DNA of 64,000 nucleotides from an uncultured delta proteobacterium (GTDB taxonomy: Bacteria; Desulfobacterota; Binatia; UBA9968): NCBI GenBank assembly GCA_963745035.1, contig CAVUVW010000014.1, positions 64,001 to 128,000 on the forward strand, read 5' to 3'. The number at the start of each line of letters is the position of its first letter. Position 1 is the stretch's first letter. Positions 32,354-44,078 of this stretch are shown one piece after another. The notes below the pieces were generated by a model. The model was not told the DNA's origin, searched no databases, and saw nothing but the letters and a program-made list of their open reading frames with translations. The position numbers and the translations under genes were made by a program.

Positions 32354-33383
32354 TTGACCCGAACGACTCCCCGCGCGAAAAGAATCGGACGCCCGCAAGC
32401 TGCTCAAGACAAGATTGGGCGAGGTCGCAGCAGGAAGCCGGTCGGTCCAGACATCGAGCGCACGAACTTCGAGGACATGGCGGGGATGATTGTCAACGAT
32501 TACAAAGCCAATGGTCGCAGCTCCTTAGGCCGCCTCGAAGATGCTATCGCGCACCTTCGTAAGTACCTCGGTGATCGTCGTGCCATGGAAATCGCCGGCG
32601 ATGTCGTGACCGCATACATCACTTTCCGCCAAGAGCAGAAAGCCGCCAGTTCGACGATCAACAACGAACTCGCGGCACTCTCTAGAATGTTCACATTGGG
32701 CATCAGAGCCGGGAAAATCGCTTCCAAGCCATACATCGGCAAGCTGGCGCTCAACAACACACGCAAGGGATTTTTCGAATGGGAGCAGTTTCAACCGATT
32801 CTGAAAAACTTGCCCGAGGACCTGCAACCCGCCATCGAGACGGCCTACATAACCGGCTGGCGCATCCATGATGAAATATTCACCCGACAGAAACATCACG
32901 CTGATGTGAAAGGCTCCGGCTGGCTGAGATTGGACCCGGGAGAGACCAAGAACGGCGAAGGCCGAAATTTTCCTTTCACTGCTCGGTTGCGTGAAATCAT
33001 CGAGACGCAACTCGAACAAACAAGAGCACTGGAGAGGACAACAGGCCGGATATCTCCTGGTTGTTCCATCCAATGGAAAACGAATCAAAACCTTCCGGCG
33101 CTCTTGGCTCACGGCTGGTCTGGGAACAGAAATCAGGTCAGCAAACGGCAAGCTCATCAAGAAGATCGGTGCGAGGGTGCCTCATGACTTTCGCAGAACG
33201 GCTGTCAGAAACCTCGAACGCGCCGGAGTGTCGCGTAGTGACGCAATGAAGATGGTCGGCCACAAAACAGAGGCGATCTACCGACGATATGCGATTTCTG
33301 ATGAACGGTCGATGAGGGAGTCGGCGAGCAAGCTCGACAAATTTCACGCTGCTGATCAAACCACAACAGAACAAGCAAAGTAA
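32354..33383 (+). CDS. Tyrosine recombinase / phage-type integrase, frameshift near 33050-33075
   Basis: STINNELAAL, YITGWR, ETKNG, PHDFRRTAVRNL, GHKT...RY. Confidence 0.9.
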
Positions 33384-33448
33384 TGGCAAAGTGAAGCCGA
33401 GTTTTGCGAGCGACCAGAGTTTCAGCGGTTGATTTTACAGAGGAAAAA

Positions 33449-33524
<76 letters not shown>

Positions 33525-33578
33525 GAAAAAAGGTGAATTTGAAATATTGCGTAAAAGCGCTGGGGAGTCAAGATTGGC

Positions 33579-34543
33579 TCAAGCAACGGCGCGCTTTTCG
33601 ACCCGCTGCTCGACAAAATCGACCACTCGGCTTTCCAAGCGCACGCCGTCGAGTCGGTTGATTTCTTGAACCCCGGTCGGGCTGGTGACGTTCACTTCGG
33701 TGAGATAGTTGCCGATCACGTCCAGACCGACGAAGTACAGTCCATCGGCCCTGAGCGACGGCGCCAAGGCCGCGCAGATTTCCCGATCGCGGCTCGTCAC
33801 GTCGGTCTTGACCACCTGACCGCCTACGTGAATATTGCCGCGCGTCTCCGATTCCAAGGGAACTCGCAGCACCGCGCCGAGCGGCTCGCCGTCGAGCACG
33901 ATGATCCGCTTATCGCCCTGGCGGATCTCCGGCAGATAACGCTGCGCCATCACCAGCCGCCGCCCGTTGTCGGTCGCCGCTTCGAGGATGGAGTTGGTGT
34001 TGCGGTCCTCGGCGCGCAAATAAAAAACTCCGCTGCCGCCGCAGCCGTCGAGCGGCTTGACGATCATCTCGCCGCCCAACTCGGCCATGAACGCCTTCAA
34101 GGTCCTCATGTCGCTTGCGACAAGCGTCTGCGGAATCTGCTCGGGGAAACGGAGCGCGTAGAGCTTTTCGTTGGCCTCGCGCAATCCTCTCGGATGATTG
34201 AGCAGAAAACATTGGCTTTCGTCGATCAGGCTGAGCACGTGCGTGGTGAAAAAAAACTTCATGTCGAACGGCGGATCCTTGCGCATCCAGACGCTGTCGA
34301 AGTCGGCGAGCGCGCCGGTCTTGAATTCGGCCAGCCTATAGTGCGGCGCGGCGCGTGCGAGCTCGAGCCGCCGGTAGCGCGCATGCGGCGTCCCGCCGCG
34401 GAGGAACAAATCATCGATCTCCATGAAATAGAGCTCATGGCCGCGCTGCTGCGCTTCCAGCATGAGAACGAAGGTGGTGTCCTTGTCGATATCGATCCTA
34501 TCGACCGGGTCCATAACGACGCCGATTTTCAGTTGTTACGCAT
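33579..34543 (-). CDS. gshB: Glutathione synthase (apparent 1-nt indel just after start)
   Basis: MDP...KDTT, MRKDPPFD, ANEKL, GDKRI, RGNIHVGG, TEVNVTSPTG. Confidence 0.95.
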
Positions 34544-34564
34544 GTTTGCTTATCCGTTCGCGCT

Positions 34565-35260
34565 TCACTCCCGAATCACCCAGGTGCGAGCGAGGAAATC
34601 GTGCCAGCCGCGTTTTTCTCGCTGCCACAAAATCCATAGGAAAGCCAATCCCAATGACGCGCCGCCCAACCCGACGGTGCCGACCCAGCGAAGCAGCGCG
34701 CGCCGATAAGTGATCGGCCGCTGATTCACACCGACCACGCGCAGGCCAAGCAGCCATTTGCCAACGGTCCTTCCTTCCATGCCGTGGAACACGACGAAGT
34801 AAATGGTCGCCAAAGCGATCCCGGCCAGACTTAAAAACGACACGAGCGGCGCGACGTTGTTCCACGTGATCGCGCGGTTGTGAGCGGACAAGCCGACTTT
34901 GTAACCGATATAAGACATGGCTCCCATCAATGCGGAGAGCAACAAGATCACGCCTACATCGAGCAAGAATGCGCTGAGGCGCCGAAAAAAACCGCCCCAA
35001 CGCAGCTCGGAAGGCATGTCGCCCAGAATCGGCCATACCGGCGCGCTCGGTGCGGCTTCGAACCGCGGCGGAAAGTCGTGGTCGTCGCTTTCCGCCGGCG
35101 GCTCGCGATCGTCCAACAAACGCGCCGGTTCCTCGGCCCTCAGGACGAACTCCTCGGACTTGGGAACGCCAAGGAATACGCGGCGCAGCAGTTTGGCGCC
35201 GCATTTTTCACAGCGCTCGTCCGAAGCCAGTACCGGCGCGTCGCAGTTTTGGCAGTTCAT
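34565..35260 (-). CDS. RDD family protein with N-terminal zinc ribbon
   Basis: CQNC..CEKC; GFFRRLSAFLLD, TVGKWLLGLRVV, GWHDFLARTWV. Confidence 0.9.
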   Translation of the reverse strand: MNCQNCDAPVLASDERCEKCGAKLLRRVFLGVPKSEEFVLRAEEPARLLDDREPPAESDDHDFPPRFEAAPSAPVWPILGDMPSELRWGGFFRRLSAFLLDVGVILLLSALMGAMSYIGYKVGLSAHNRAITWNNVAPLVSFLSLAGIALATIYFVVFHGMEGRTVGKWLLGLRVVGVNQRPITYRRALLRWVGTVGLGGASLGLAFLWILWQREKRGWHDFLARTWVIRE

Positions 35261-35320
35261 CGATTTTCCCGAGTCCTTTTGGTGCAGTCATGCTAGAGAA
35301 AGCGCGCATTCGAAGCAAGG

Positions 35321-36061
35321 CTATTGCCCATCGCCCCAGAGAAATTGCGCCAAGCTCAACGCCGCGACGGCCGCGGTCTCGACGCGAAGAATACGCGGCC
35401 CGAGATGAACCGGCTCGAAACCATGCGCCTGCGCGAGCGCCGCCTCCGGAGCGCTGAAGCCGCCTTCGGGACCGACGACAAGAAGCAGGGATTTCACCGC
35501 GCCGTGCTTTTCATGCGCTTGCCCCAAGGATTGACCGCGTTCTTTCTCCCAGAAAAACAGCTTGAGCGCATCGCGCCAATCGGCGCCGGCCAGCGTCTGA
35601 AAGTCGCGCAGCGGCAAAATTTCCGGCGCCCGCGTCCTGCCGCACTGCTTAACCGCACCGAGCGCGATCTTCTCCCAGCGCGCCGCGCGCGCGGCGATTT
35701 TTTTCTCGTCCAGCTTCGGCACCGAAAACGCGGAAGCAAACGGGACGATGGCGTGCGCGCCGAGCTCGGTGGCTTTTTCGACGATGAAGTCCATCTTCTC
35801 ACCCTTGGTGAGTCCGACGGCGAGAATCGCGCGCAACCCCGAATCTCTAGCCGGCTCGTAGGAGCGCAGGATCTCGATCTCGCCTCGCTCAGCGGACAGC
35901 GCGCGAATGACCGCCTCATGCTCCCATCCGGCGTCGTCAAAGACCGTGATGCGATCGCCGGGAGCCAGGCGGAGCACCTTTCTCAAATGGAAGAGCTCCG
36001 GGCCGTCGACGATGCCGCGTCGAGCGCCGAGATTTTTTTTCGGCACGAAGAAACGAGCCAT
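35321..36061 (-). CDS. rsmE: 16S rRNA m3U1498 methyltransferase
   Basis: HLRKVLRL, EKATELG, VGPEGGFS, LGPRILRVETA. Confidence 0.95.
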   Translation of the reverse strand: MARFFVPKKNLGARRGIVDGPELFHLRKVLRLAPGDRITVFDDAGWEHEAVIRALSAERGEIEILRSYEPARDSGLRAILAVGLTKGEKMDFIVEKATELGAHAIVPFASAFSVPKLDEKKIAARAARWEKIALGAVKQCGRTRAPEILPLRDFQTLAGADWRDALKLFFWEKERGQSLGQAHEKHGAVKSLLLVVGPEGGFSAPEAALAQAHGFEPVHLGPRILRVETAAVAALSLAQFLWGDGQ

Positions 36062-36067
36062 GGCCGG

Positions 36068-36932
36068 TCACTTTCGCCGCAAGAGCAGGGTAACCCACTC
36101 CCGCGAGCGCTTGCGTTTGACCTCTCGAAAGCGCGCGGCAAAGCGGCGCGCGACGGCGGCGGCTTTTTGTTGCAGGATGCCGGAGAGAACGAGGAAGCCT
36201 CTTGGCGCGACTTTTTTTTCCAGCTCGCCGGCAAGCTCCAGGATCGTTTCCGCGGTGAGATTGGCCACGACCAGGTCAAACTTTGCCCTGATCGCGCTCA
36301 GCTTGACGCACGCTTAAGCGAATCCGGCGCGCGACGCCGTTGGCGCGCAGATTAGCGCGCGCGACTCGCAACGCGACCGGATCGTTGTCGATGGCCCGAA
36401 TATCGCCCGCGCCCAGGAATGCCAGGGCGATCGCCAGGATGCCGGAGCCGGTGCCGACATCGAGCGCCGAGAATCTGCCGTCGAGACGCTCCGCTGCCGC
36501 TTCGAGGAATTCGATGCAGCCGCGCGTGGTCGCGTGGGCGCCGGTGCCGAAGGCCATGCCCGGCTCGATGGTCATCACCCGGCGGCGGCGAAACTTCGGC
36601 GCCGCGATCCACGGCGGCGTCACCCAAAAATGCTTTCCCACCCGGCGCGGTTTGATGAAACGCTTCCAGGCGTGTTCCCAGTTTTCTTGCCGAATGATTT
36701 TCCAGCGTAGCCGCGGTTTACCCGGCCTCGGCGACAGGCGGGTGATGGCATCGACGAAACGATGGATGTCCCGGCGCAACGCCGCGCCGGCAAGCGGAGC
36801 CGAGAAAAACGCTTCCAAGCCGTTTTTCTTCAGCACGACGCCCGGCGCGCCGCGCTCCATCAGAAAATTGGCGAGGGCATCGATGTTTGCGGGGCTGGTG
36901 CGGATCGAAAGCTGCGACCAGGATTGCGCCAC
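36068..36932 (-). CDS. prmA: Ribosomal protein L11 methyltransferase, frameshift near 36300
   Basis: IEPGMAFGTGAHATT, LDVGTGSGILA, ANL...LSGI; adjacent to rsmE. Confidence 0.93.
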
Positions 36933-37066
36933 GAGGTTTTATGCCACAGGCCCAAGAGCGGATCAATTGAAGGATTCCGCCGAAAACCATCCCGATTGGC
37001 GGCTCGCGCTTGTCAAAATCGCCGCTTCCGGCTATTGAAAATATTAGAGCTGAAAAGGAGCATCCA

Positions 37067-37936
37067 ATGAAATTTGCAACGATCAAGCCCAATGAGATTG
37101 CGATCGTCAAAAACGACACTTTGATCGCGATCGGCGATGTCCTGCCGGCGGGCGCGACGATGATCGACCTCATCACTGCTTACGACGGCATCAAGAGCCG
37201 GCTCGACGGGATCGCAAACGGCGCCGGCAGAAAGCTCGACCCGAAACTGCTCAAAGCCCCGATCGAGAAGCCGTCCAAGATTTGGGCAGCGGCGGGCAAC
37301 TACAAGCGCGGCACCCAGGGTTTGGGCGACGCCCGCGGCCGCGGCACCGCCAGCAAAACTTCTCCGGAGGAGCTGCTCGAAAATATTTTTCTCAAGCCGC
37401 CTTCGGCCATCGCCGGACCGGAGGAGAATATTCTGATCCCGCAGAACGCCGATTCGATTTTTCCGGAGCTCGAGCTTTGCGTGGTGATCGGCAAGCAAGC
37501 GCGCAACGTCAGCAAGGAGCGCGCTTTCGAGGTGATTTTCGGCTACACGATCATGCTCGACGTCACCGCCCGCGGCTACGGTCTCAGCAAAAATCTCTCC
37601 GGCACGCGCAACGTGCGCAAGGGCTTTGAAACCTTCGCGCCGATCGGCCCGTGGATCACGACGCGCGATGAGATCGCCGACCCGCACAATTTGTGGATGA
37701 AGCTTTGGATCAACGGCGAGCTCAAACAATCGGCCAGGACCGACGCCATGATCAACGACATCGCCACCCAAGTAAGCTTCCTCTCGCAGGTGACAACGCT
37801 GCTGCCGGGCGATTTGATCACCACGGGAAATCCCGATTCGCCCGAGTTTCAGGAGAAGCTCAAGCCCGGGGATGTTCTCAAGTCCGAGATCGAAGGCATC
37901 GGCGCGATGAGCAACGGCGTCGCCAAAGCGCAGTAG
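37067..37936 (+). CDS. Fumarylacetoacetate hydrolase family protein
   Basis: FLKPPS, ELELCVVIG, DVTAR, KGFETFAPIGP, PGDLITTG. Confidence 0.92.
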   Translation: MKFATIKPNEIAIVKNDTLIAIGDVLPAGATMIDLITAYDGIKSRLDGIANGAGRKLDPKLLKAPIEKPSKIWAAAGNYKRGTQGLGDARGRGTASKTSPEELLENIFLKPPSAIAGPEENILIPQNADSIFPELELCVVIGKQARNVSKERAFEVIFGYTIMLDVTARGYGLSKNLSGTRNVRKGFETFAPIGPWITTRDEIADPHNLWMKLWINGELKQSARTDAMINDIATQVSFLSQVTTLLPGDLITTGNPDSPEFQEKLKPGDVLKSEIEGIGAMSNGVAKAQ

Positions 37937-37987
37937 AAAATTTCGCCGCCCGGCCAAGCCGGCGGCGTGCATTCAGCAATTACGTCC

Positions 37988-39322
37988 ATGCTACGCATCG
38001 CGCCGTTTCGCGGCGTCCTTTACAATCAAAAGAAGATCCGCGATCTCGCCAAGGTGATCGCGCCGCCCTACGACGTCATTTCGACCGCCGAGCAGGAGCG
38101 GCTCTACAAAAAATCGCCGTATAACTTCGTCCGGCTCGACCTGAGCCAGGAGGCGGGCTCTTACGATGCCGTCGCTCAAACGTTCAACGAGTGGCAGGCG
38201 CAGGAAGTGTTGGAACGCGACGAGCAGCCGGCGATCTATTTCATGTCCCAGCGATTCAAGCTCAAAACCGGCGAGGAAAAAATCCGCCGCGGATTTATCG
38301 CCCTGGTGCAACTGCAAGATTTAAACGGCGGCGATATTCGGCCCCATGAAAAGACCCACGGCGCGCCCAAAGAAGATCGTTTGAAGCTGATGCTCGCCTG
38401 TCAGGCCCAGCTCAGTCCGATTTTCGCGCTTTATTCTCAGCCGAAGCAGACCATCAACCGCATACTGGAGCTCGCCGTCGAAGGCGCCGCGCCGTCGATC
38501 GATATCGAGCTGGATACCGGCGAGGTTTGCCGGCTCTGGCGCATCACCGATCCGGTCGTGATCGAAAAAATCGCGCGCGAGATGCAGGAGCAAAAGCTAT
38601 TGATCGCCGACGGCCACCACCGCTACGAAGCGACTCTCGGCTACCGCGATCACATGCGCGGCGAGCGCGGCCAGTGGAGCGGCGACGAATCCTTCAACTA
38701 CATCATGGCCTACTGCGCCAATATCGACGACGACAACCTCGCAATCCTGCCCACCCACCGGCTCGTGCGCGGCTATCCGCACAAGCCGTTCTTGGAGCTC
38801 GAAGAGGCGCTGCAGGCCTATTTCTATGTCGAGCAGCATCCCAAGACGCCCGAAGGAAAGGCGTCCTTTTTGAAAGCGCTCAAAGCCGCCGCGAAAAAAC
38901 ATCGCGTGATCGGCGCGAGCTTCAAACGCGATCCGCGCTACTTGATCTTGCGGCTAAAAAACAAACGCATCATGCAGCGCCTGGCAAAAGAGATGAGCGC
39001 GCCGCTGCGCGAGCTCGACGTGAGCACCCTTCACTTGCTGATCCTCGAGCACATTCTCGGCATGCCGGCCGAGCAGCAGGAGAGCGGTGATACGATCCGT
39101 TACTCGCAAGACGAGGAGACCGTGCTGCAGGCGCTGGAGAAGGAAGATTTTCAGGCGGCGTTTATTTTGAACGCGACCAAGGCCGAAGAGATCCAGTCGA
39201 TCGTCGCCGGCGGCGACAAGATGCCGCAGAAGTCAACGTACTTTTATCCGAAATTGCCTTCCGGGCTGGTCGTCAATAAGATCGATCCGGAGGAACAGAT
39301 CGGCGACGCAGGGCGTTCGTAG
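37988..39322 (+). CDS. DUF1015 family protein
   Basis: APPYDVI, PHEKT, IADGHHRY, MPQKSTYFYPK. Confidence 0.92.
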   Translation: MLRIAPFRGVLYNQKKIRDLAKVIAPPYDVISTAEQERLYKKSPYNFVRLDLSQEAGSYDAVAQTFNEWQAQEVLERDEQPAIYFMSQRFKLKTGEEKIRRGFIALVQLQDLNGGDIRPHEKTHGAPKEDRLKLMLACQAQLSPIFALYSQPKQTINRILELAVEGAAPSIDIELDTGEVCRLWRITDPVVIEKIAREMQEQKLLIADGHHRYEATLGYRDHMRGERGQWSGDESFNYIMAYCANIDDDNLAILPTHRLVRGYPHKPFLELEEALQAYFYVEQHPKTPEGKASFLKALKAAAKKHRVIGASFKRDPRYLILRLKNKRIMQRLAKEMSAPLRELDVSTLHLLILEHILGMPAEQQESGDTIRYSQDEETVLQALEKEDFQAAFILNATKAEEIQSIVAGGDKMPQKSTYFYPKLPSGLVVNKIDPEEQIGDAGRS

Positions 39323-39351
39323 ATCAGGCTGCGAATGATCCAATTTTAAGC

Positions 39352-39515
39352 ACAAAATTCGAATATCGAAATCCGAAATTCGAAACAAATTCAAAAGATG
39401 AAAAAACTCAAAATTCCTTACAAAACTCAATTCGGATTGAGATTTGGAATTTTCCACATATTTGGTTTTATTTTTGCCTGCCCGTTTGTTTCGAATTTAG
39501 ATATTCGGATTTGAT
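39352..39515. repeat. AT-rich imperfect inverted repeat between convergent genes
   Basis: AAATTCGAATATCGAAATCCGAAATTCGAAACAAA mirrored by TTTGTTTCGAATTTAGATATTCGGATTT. Confidence 0.7.
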
Positions 39516-39526
39516 TCTACTTCGCT

Positions 39527-40910
39527 TTAACTTAGCGGCTTGATCAGCTCCCCGTCGCCGGGCTTGCCGACGATCTTGCCGTCGAGCATGACGGTCTTGC
39601 CGCGCACGATCGTGCGCACCGGCGCACCTTTGACCTTCCGCCCGTTGTAGGGCGTCCAACCGACTTTGGTGTACGTCGTGTCGTTGGAGATAATTTCTTC
39701 CTTGTTCATGTCGACGATCACCATGTCGGCGTCGGAGCCGGGCTGGATCACGCCCTTGCGCGGATAGACGTTGAAAATCTTCGCGGCGTTGTAGGAAGAA
39801 ATTCTCACCAACCTGTCGAGGGTCAATTTGCCTTCGTTGACCGCGGTGAGAAACAGGCGGAGATAATCCTGGATCTGCGGCTCGCCGCCGGGACAGCTCC
39901 ACATGTCGGTCCAGCCCTTGTCTTTTTCTTCTTTCGTATGCGGCGCGTGGTCGGTGCCGATGATATCCACCGTGCCGTCGTTGATTCCCTTCCAGAGCGC
40001 GTCCACGTGCGCCGGCGGCACCCAGAAACCCAGGCAGTACGGTCCCAGCTTCTCGACGTTCTCCCAAGTCCCCAGAAACATCGCCCACGGATTGACCTCG
40101 CAAGTGCACGGCCGGCCCTCGTCTTTGGCGCGCCGCAGCATCGCCAAGCCTTCCGGCGTGGTCATGTGCAAAATATGGAGCTGGGCGCCGAGAGCCTTTT
40201 GCATGCGAAACAGCGTCGACATCGCGGTGTCCCAGATGATGCCGTCGTAATCGCGATAGGCTTTGGCGTAGGCTTGGGGACTGCGGTCCTCCTTTTTCCA
40301 GTAGCGCCCTTCGATCTCGTCCATCAGATCCTGGTCGTGCGGATGCACCATCAGCGGTAAACCCGTCTGCCCGACAGCTTCGAAGCACTTGAAGAGCTCG
40401 CCGTTGTTGTTGATGCCGATGCCGGGCATGTGGGGATAATCGCGCCCGGTGTCTTTCACCATAAATATTTTGAACGCGAGCGGCCCCTCTTTGGCGAGAC
40501 CGGGAATCTCTTCCGGCACGGTGCCTGAAGGATTGTGATTGAAATCGACGATCGCGTTTTTGCTGTGATGCTCCACCAGCGCGCGGTAACGCTCCACGGT
40601 CGTCGTCGGTGGATTGACGTTGGGCATGCCGATGGAAAGCGTCACGCCGCCCGCCGCCGCCGCCATCGTGGCCGTGGTGATGTCTTCTTTGTGGGTGAAG
40701 CCGGGATCGCGATGATGCGTGTGCGTGTCGATCAAGCCGGGAATGATTTTTTTCCCCTTGGCCTCGATCACTTCATCCGCGCGTATCAGGCAACACCGGC
40801 GACTTGCCGAGAGCGAGAATTTTACCGTCGCCGACCGCGATATCGGCTTCGACAAATCCTCCCGGGGTCCAAACTTCGCCCCCTTTGACGAGCAAGTCCA
40901 CTTTGTTCAT
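39527..40910 (-). CDS. Dihydroorotase/allantoinase-family amidohydrolase, frameshift near 40800
   Basis: PGLIDTHTH, AAAGGVT..MPN, IGTDHAPH, KGVIQPGSDAD. Confidence 0.9.
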
Positions 40911-41081
40911 GGATGACGATTCTCCCTTCGATTCTGCTGGCGACATCTTTTATATGATCCACTTCCGGCACTGTCAAATCTGCGGCAAACGTTCAAGCCG
41001 AATGCTTGACTCAATTGGGCAAATTTGAAACTATTTGCTCCGCTCAAAGTCACGCGAAGAGTGAAAAATCGGAGGATCTAG

Positions 41082-42089
41082 ATGTTCAAGCAATTCGTTT
41101 TCTTCTTGGTCGTCCTCGCCGGAGCGACAGTCAGCGTTGCGCCGGTTTTCAGCCAGGGCGCGAGTCTTATTGAAGCGGGCAAGAAGGAAGGCAAGGCCGT
41201 AGTTTACGGCTCGCTGGAATCCGACTCCGCGGCAACTATTTTCGCCGAGTTCAAGAAAAAAACCGGCATCGAGGCGGAATACTGGCGCGCCTCGGCAACC
41301 AAGGTCATGGACCGCGCATTGAGCGAGTACCGCGCCGGCCGGCCGCTCTTCGATATCATTTTGACCAACGATAACCCGATGCAAATCATGTTCAAGGAAG
41401 GGATCTTCGCCAAGTACGATTCTCCCGCCGCCAAAGATTTTACCAAGGAGTCGATCGACCCGAACTTGGGCCCGCGCTATCGCAACGTCGTCATTGGCGT
41501 CGTCTATAATAAGAGCTCGATTGGCGCCGATGCGCCCAAGTCCCTCGAGGATCTGGTAAAACCGCAGTATCGCGGCAAGATCGTCATGCCGGATCCGACG
41601 CAGCACACGACTACGACCCAATGGGTTTCCAGTCTCGAGAAACTCATGGGTAAGGAGAAGGCTGACAAGTATATTCGCGATCTCGCCGCGCAAAAGCCGA
41701 TCCTGGTCGAGTCTCTTTTGCCCGCGGCCGAGCGTGTAGCGACCGGTGAGACGCCGATCGCGATCACCTACGTCAAATACGTGTACATCTTCGGCCAGCG
41801 CGGCGCCCCGTTGGATTATTTGAGACTGGGAAAATTCATGGGCGACGGCCACTATTTGACCCTAAGCAACAAGGCGCCTCATCCAAACGCGGGCAAGGCG
41901 CTCATCGATTATTTCCTCGGTCCAGAGAGCATGACTGCAATGGCAAAACTCGGGGAATTCGTGAACCGCAAAGGCGTCTATCCTCCGCTCGCGGACGCCG
42001 ACAAAGTTCAGTTCGTCGAGATGTACGACCTCGACTCGAAGAAATTCGCCGAGAAGAAAAAAGAATACCAACAAATTTTTCTGCGCTAG
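41082..42089 (+). CDS. ABC transporter extracellular solute-binding protein (Fe3+/thiamine-like cluster)
   Basis: Signal peptide; KKEGKAVVY, APHPNAGKALIDY; upstream of permease. Confidence 0.88.
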   Translation: MFKQFVFFLVVLAGATVSVAPVFSQGASLIEAGKKEGKAVVYGSLESDSAATIFAEFKKKTGIEAEYWRASATKVMDRALSEYRAGRPLFDIILTNDNPMQIMFKEGIFAKYDSPAAKDFTKESIDPNLGPRYRNVVIGVVYNKSSIGADAPKSLEDLVKPQYRGKIVMPDPTQHTTTTQWVSSLEKLMGKEKADKYIRDLAAQKPILVESLLPAAERVATGETPIAITYVKYVYIFGQRGAPLDYLRLGKFMGDGHYLTLSNKAPHPNAGKALIDYFLGPESMTAMAKLGEFVNRKGVYPPLADADKVQFVEMYDLDSKKFAEKKKEYQQIFLR

Positions 42090-42104
42090 CGACACAGGAG
42101 TTTC

Positions 42105-43862
42105 GTGTCTACTCCTGAACGAACAATGGAGGTCGAAACCAACCTTTCGACCTCCTGGAGCCGATCGCGGATCGGCGCTTTCCTCAGCCAGCCTGTCAGT
42201 TGGGTGTTCCTCATCGTCGGCGGCATCATCGCTTTTTTAAGTCTGTACCCGACTTTTTTTCTTTTCTACGGCAGCCTCACCGACGCGCCGTTGGGCCTCC
42301 CCGGCAAATTTACCCTGGAAAACTACGTGCGCGCCTACAGCGACCCTGAAGCTTATCCGTTGCTGCTGAACTCGTTTATCTTTGGTTTTGGCTCGTCCGG
42401 CCTATCGATCTTATTCGCGCTTACCTTGGCGTGGATTACGATTCGCACCAACGCGCCATTTCGCCGCTTGTTCGAGCTCACTGCGATCATACCGAACATC
42501 CTGCCGCCTATCCTCGTGTCGATTTCCTGGGTCATGTTGCTGAACCCGAGCAACGGGCTGATCAACGGCGCGATCGTAAGGGTGTTCGGCTTGGAAAAAG
42601 GACCGTTCAATATCTACTCGATGGCGGGTCTGATTTTCGTCGAAGCCCTGATCTTGACGCCGCTGGCTTTCTTGATCATCGCGGCGGCGATGAAGAGCAT
42701 GGATCCGTCTCTCGAAGAGTCGGCGAAGACGCTCGGGTCCAATGAATTCGGCGTGATGCGCCGGATCACGTTTCCGCTTCTCCGCCCGGCAATACTCGCG
42801 GCCGGCACTTTGAATTTCGTCCGTGCCGTGGAAAGCTTCGACACACCCGCCATAATCGCTTTGCCGGCGCGCATCGAGGTCTTCACGACCAAGATCTGGC
42901 GCGAAGCGTTGGGGTCGTTCCCCACCAATCATAACTTGGCCGCCGCTTACGGCGTGGGCATTCTGGGGATTGCGCTGATTTTCGTTTATCTCTACCGCCG
43001 CTTTACCGCTCAAGTCGAAAGTTTCTCCACGGTCACCGGCAAGGGGTTTCGTCCCCATCAAATCGACCTCGGACAGTGGCGCTTCGCCGCCTCAGGCGTG
43101 GCATTGCTGCTCCTCGTGATGCTGGTGGTTTTGCCGATTTTGGTTCTCACCTTGGTCGCGATCCTACCTTACTATCATGTGCCGACGTGGCAGACCTGGC
43201 AGAATCTGACTCTCGATCACTTCCGCTATGTCTGGGCGACGCCGCGCGTTCATAAAGCTTTCATGAACAGTCTTTTTCTTGCGTTGATCGGCGCCACCGC
43301 CTGCATGGTTCTCGCTTCCTTGGCCTCCTACATCACGGTGCGGACGAAGATCGCAGGCAGGGGTATCATCGAGGGGCTGGTGTTCATTCCCTGGGCGTTT
43401 CCGGGAACCGCCATGGCGCTGGGGCTGCTCTGGGCCTACGTGGATTTTCCGATTCCGATTTACGCCACGATCTGGATTATTCTCATCGCCTACGTCACCC
43501 GCTTTCTTCCCTATGGCTTGCGCGCCGTAACCAGCACGATCATCCAGGTGCACAAGGAGTTGGAGGAAGCGTCCGTGGTCTGCGGCGCCGGGTTTCTCGC
43601 GACTTTTCGCCGCGTATTGATCCCGATGATGCGCCCGGGCGTCATGGCCGGCTGGATCATTCTTGTGACGATCTTCATGCGCGAATTCAGCGCCACTTTG
43701 TTTCTCTACAGTCCCGGCGCCGAGCCGCTCGGGCCCCTGCTCTATTTTCTTTATCTCGACGGCATGCGCGGACGGGTCGCCGCCATCGGACTCGTGATCT
43801 CAGTCATTTCGGTTATTTTAATAGCTATCGCGCAGCGCTACTCACGCTGGGACACCAATTAG
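42105..43862 (+). CDS. ABC transporter permease with duplicated TM domain (FbpB-like)
   Basis: Two EAA loops (LEESAKTLG, LEEASVVCGA); TVTGKG. Confidence 0.9.
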   Translation: MSTPERTMEVETNLSTSWSRSRIGAFLSQPVSWVFLIVGGIIAFLSLYPTFFLFYGSLTDAPLGLPGKFTLENYVRAYSDPEAYPLLLNSFIFGFGSSGLSILFALTLAWITIRTNAPFRRLFELTAIIPNILPPILVSISWVMLLNPSNGLINGAIVRVFGLEKGPFNIYSMAGLIFVEALILTPLAFLIIAAAMKSMDPSLEESAKTLGSNEFGVMRRITFPLLRPAILAAGTLNFVRAVESFDTPAIIALPARIEVFTTKIWREALGSFPTNHNLAAAYGVGILGIALIFVYLYRRFTAQVESFSTVTGKGFRPHQIDLGQWRFAASGVALLLLVMLVVLPILVLTLVAILPYYHVPTWQTWQNLTLDHFRYVWATPRVHKAFMNSLFLALIGATACMVLASLASYITVRTKIAGRGIIEGLVFIPWAFPGTAMALGLLWAYVDFPIPIYATIWIILIAYVTRFLPYGLRAVTSTIIQVHKELEEASVVCGAGFLATFRRVLIPMMRPGVMAGWIILVTIFMREFSATLFLYSPGAEPLGPLLYFLYLDGMRGRVAAIGLVISVISVILIAIAQRYSRWDTN

Positions 43863-43954
43863 CCGAAGATCGAGGATCGAGAATAGAGGATCGCACCCAA
43901 CGCCATCCTCAACCTGAATTAGAAGTTCTCCGGGATTTCTTGTAAAGAAGTATT

Positions 43955-44039
43955 CACCGCAGAGGCACAGAGTTCGCAGAGTTCGGACTAATTCTTTATC
44001 AAAAACTCTTTACTCCGCGTCCTCCGCGCCTCCGCGGTG
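43955..44039. repeat. REP-like palindrome CACCGCAGAG...CTCCGCGGTG
   Basis: Same family at 47985-48008, 48448-48534, 48555-48625, 60360-60444, 61736-61757. Confidence 0.8.
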
Positions 44040-44078
44040 CAATCTCCGAAGACACGAATTGGAAAAGGAGAAACCTAA

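Larger units (their letters stand above)
2642..33448. mobile_element. Degenerate genomic island / integration hotspot at tRNA-Phe 3' end (left border uncertain)
   Basis: Integrase next to tRNA 3' end, visibly lower GC, orphans and remnants; no full tRNA 3' duplicate found in window. Confidence 0.7.

Noticed and set aside
2642-33448. Classical integron with attC cassettes
   Set aside because: No consistent RYYYAAC...GTTRRRY palindromes after genes, cargo lies in both orientations, and the integrase looks phage-type
33666-41852. Long antisense ORFs (33666-34709, 35324-36355, 37013-37972, 39468-40388 alternative frame, 41031-41852)
   Set aside because: Shadows of well-supported genes in GC-rich DNA
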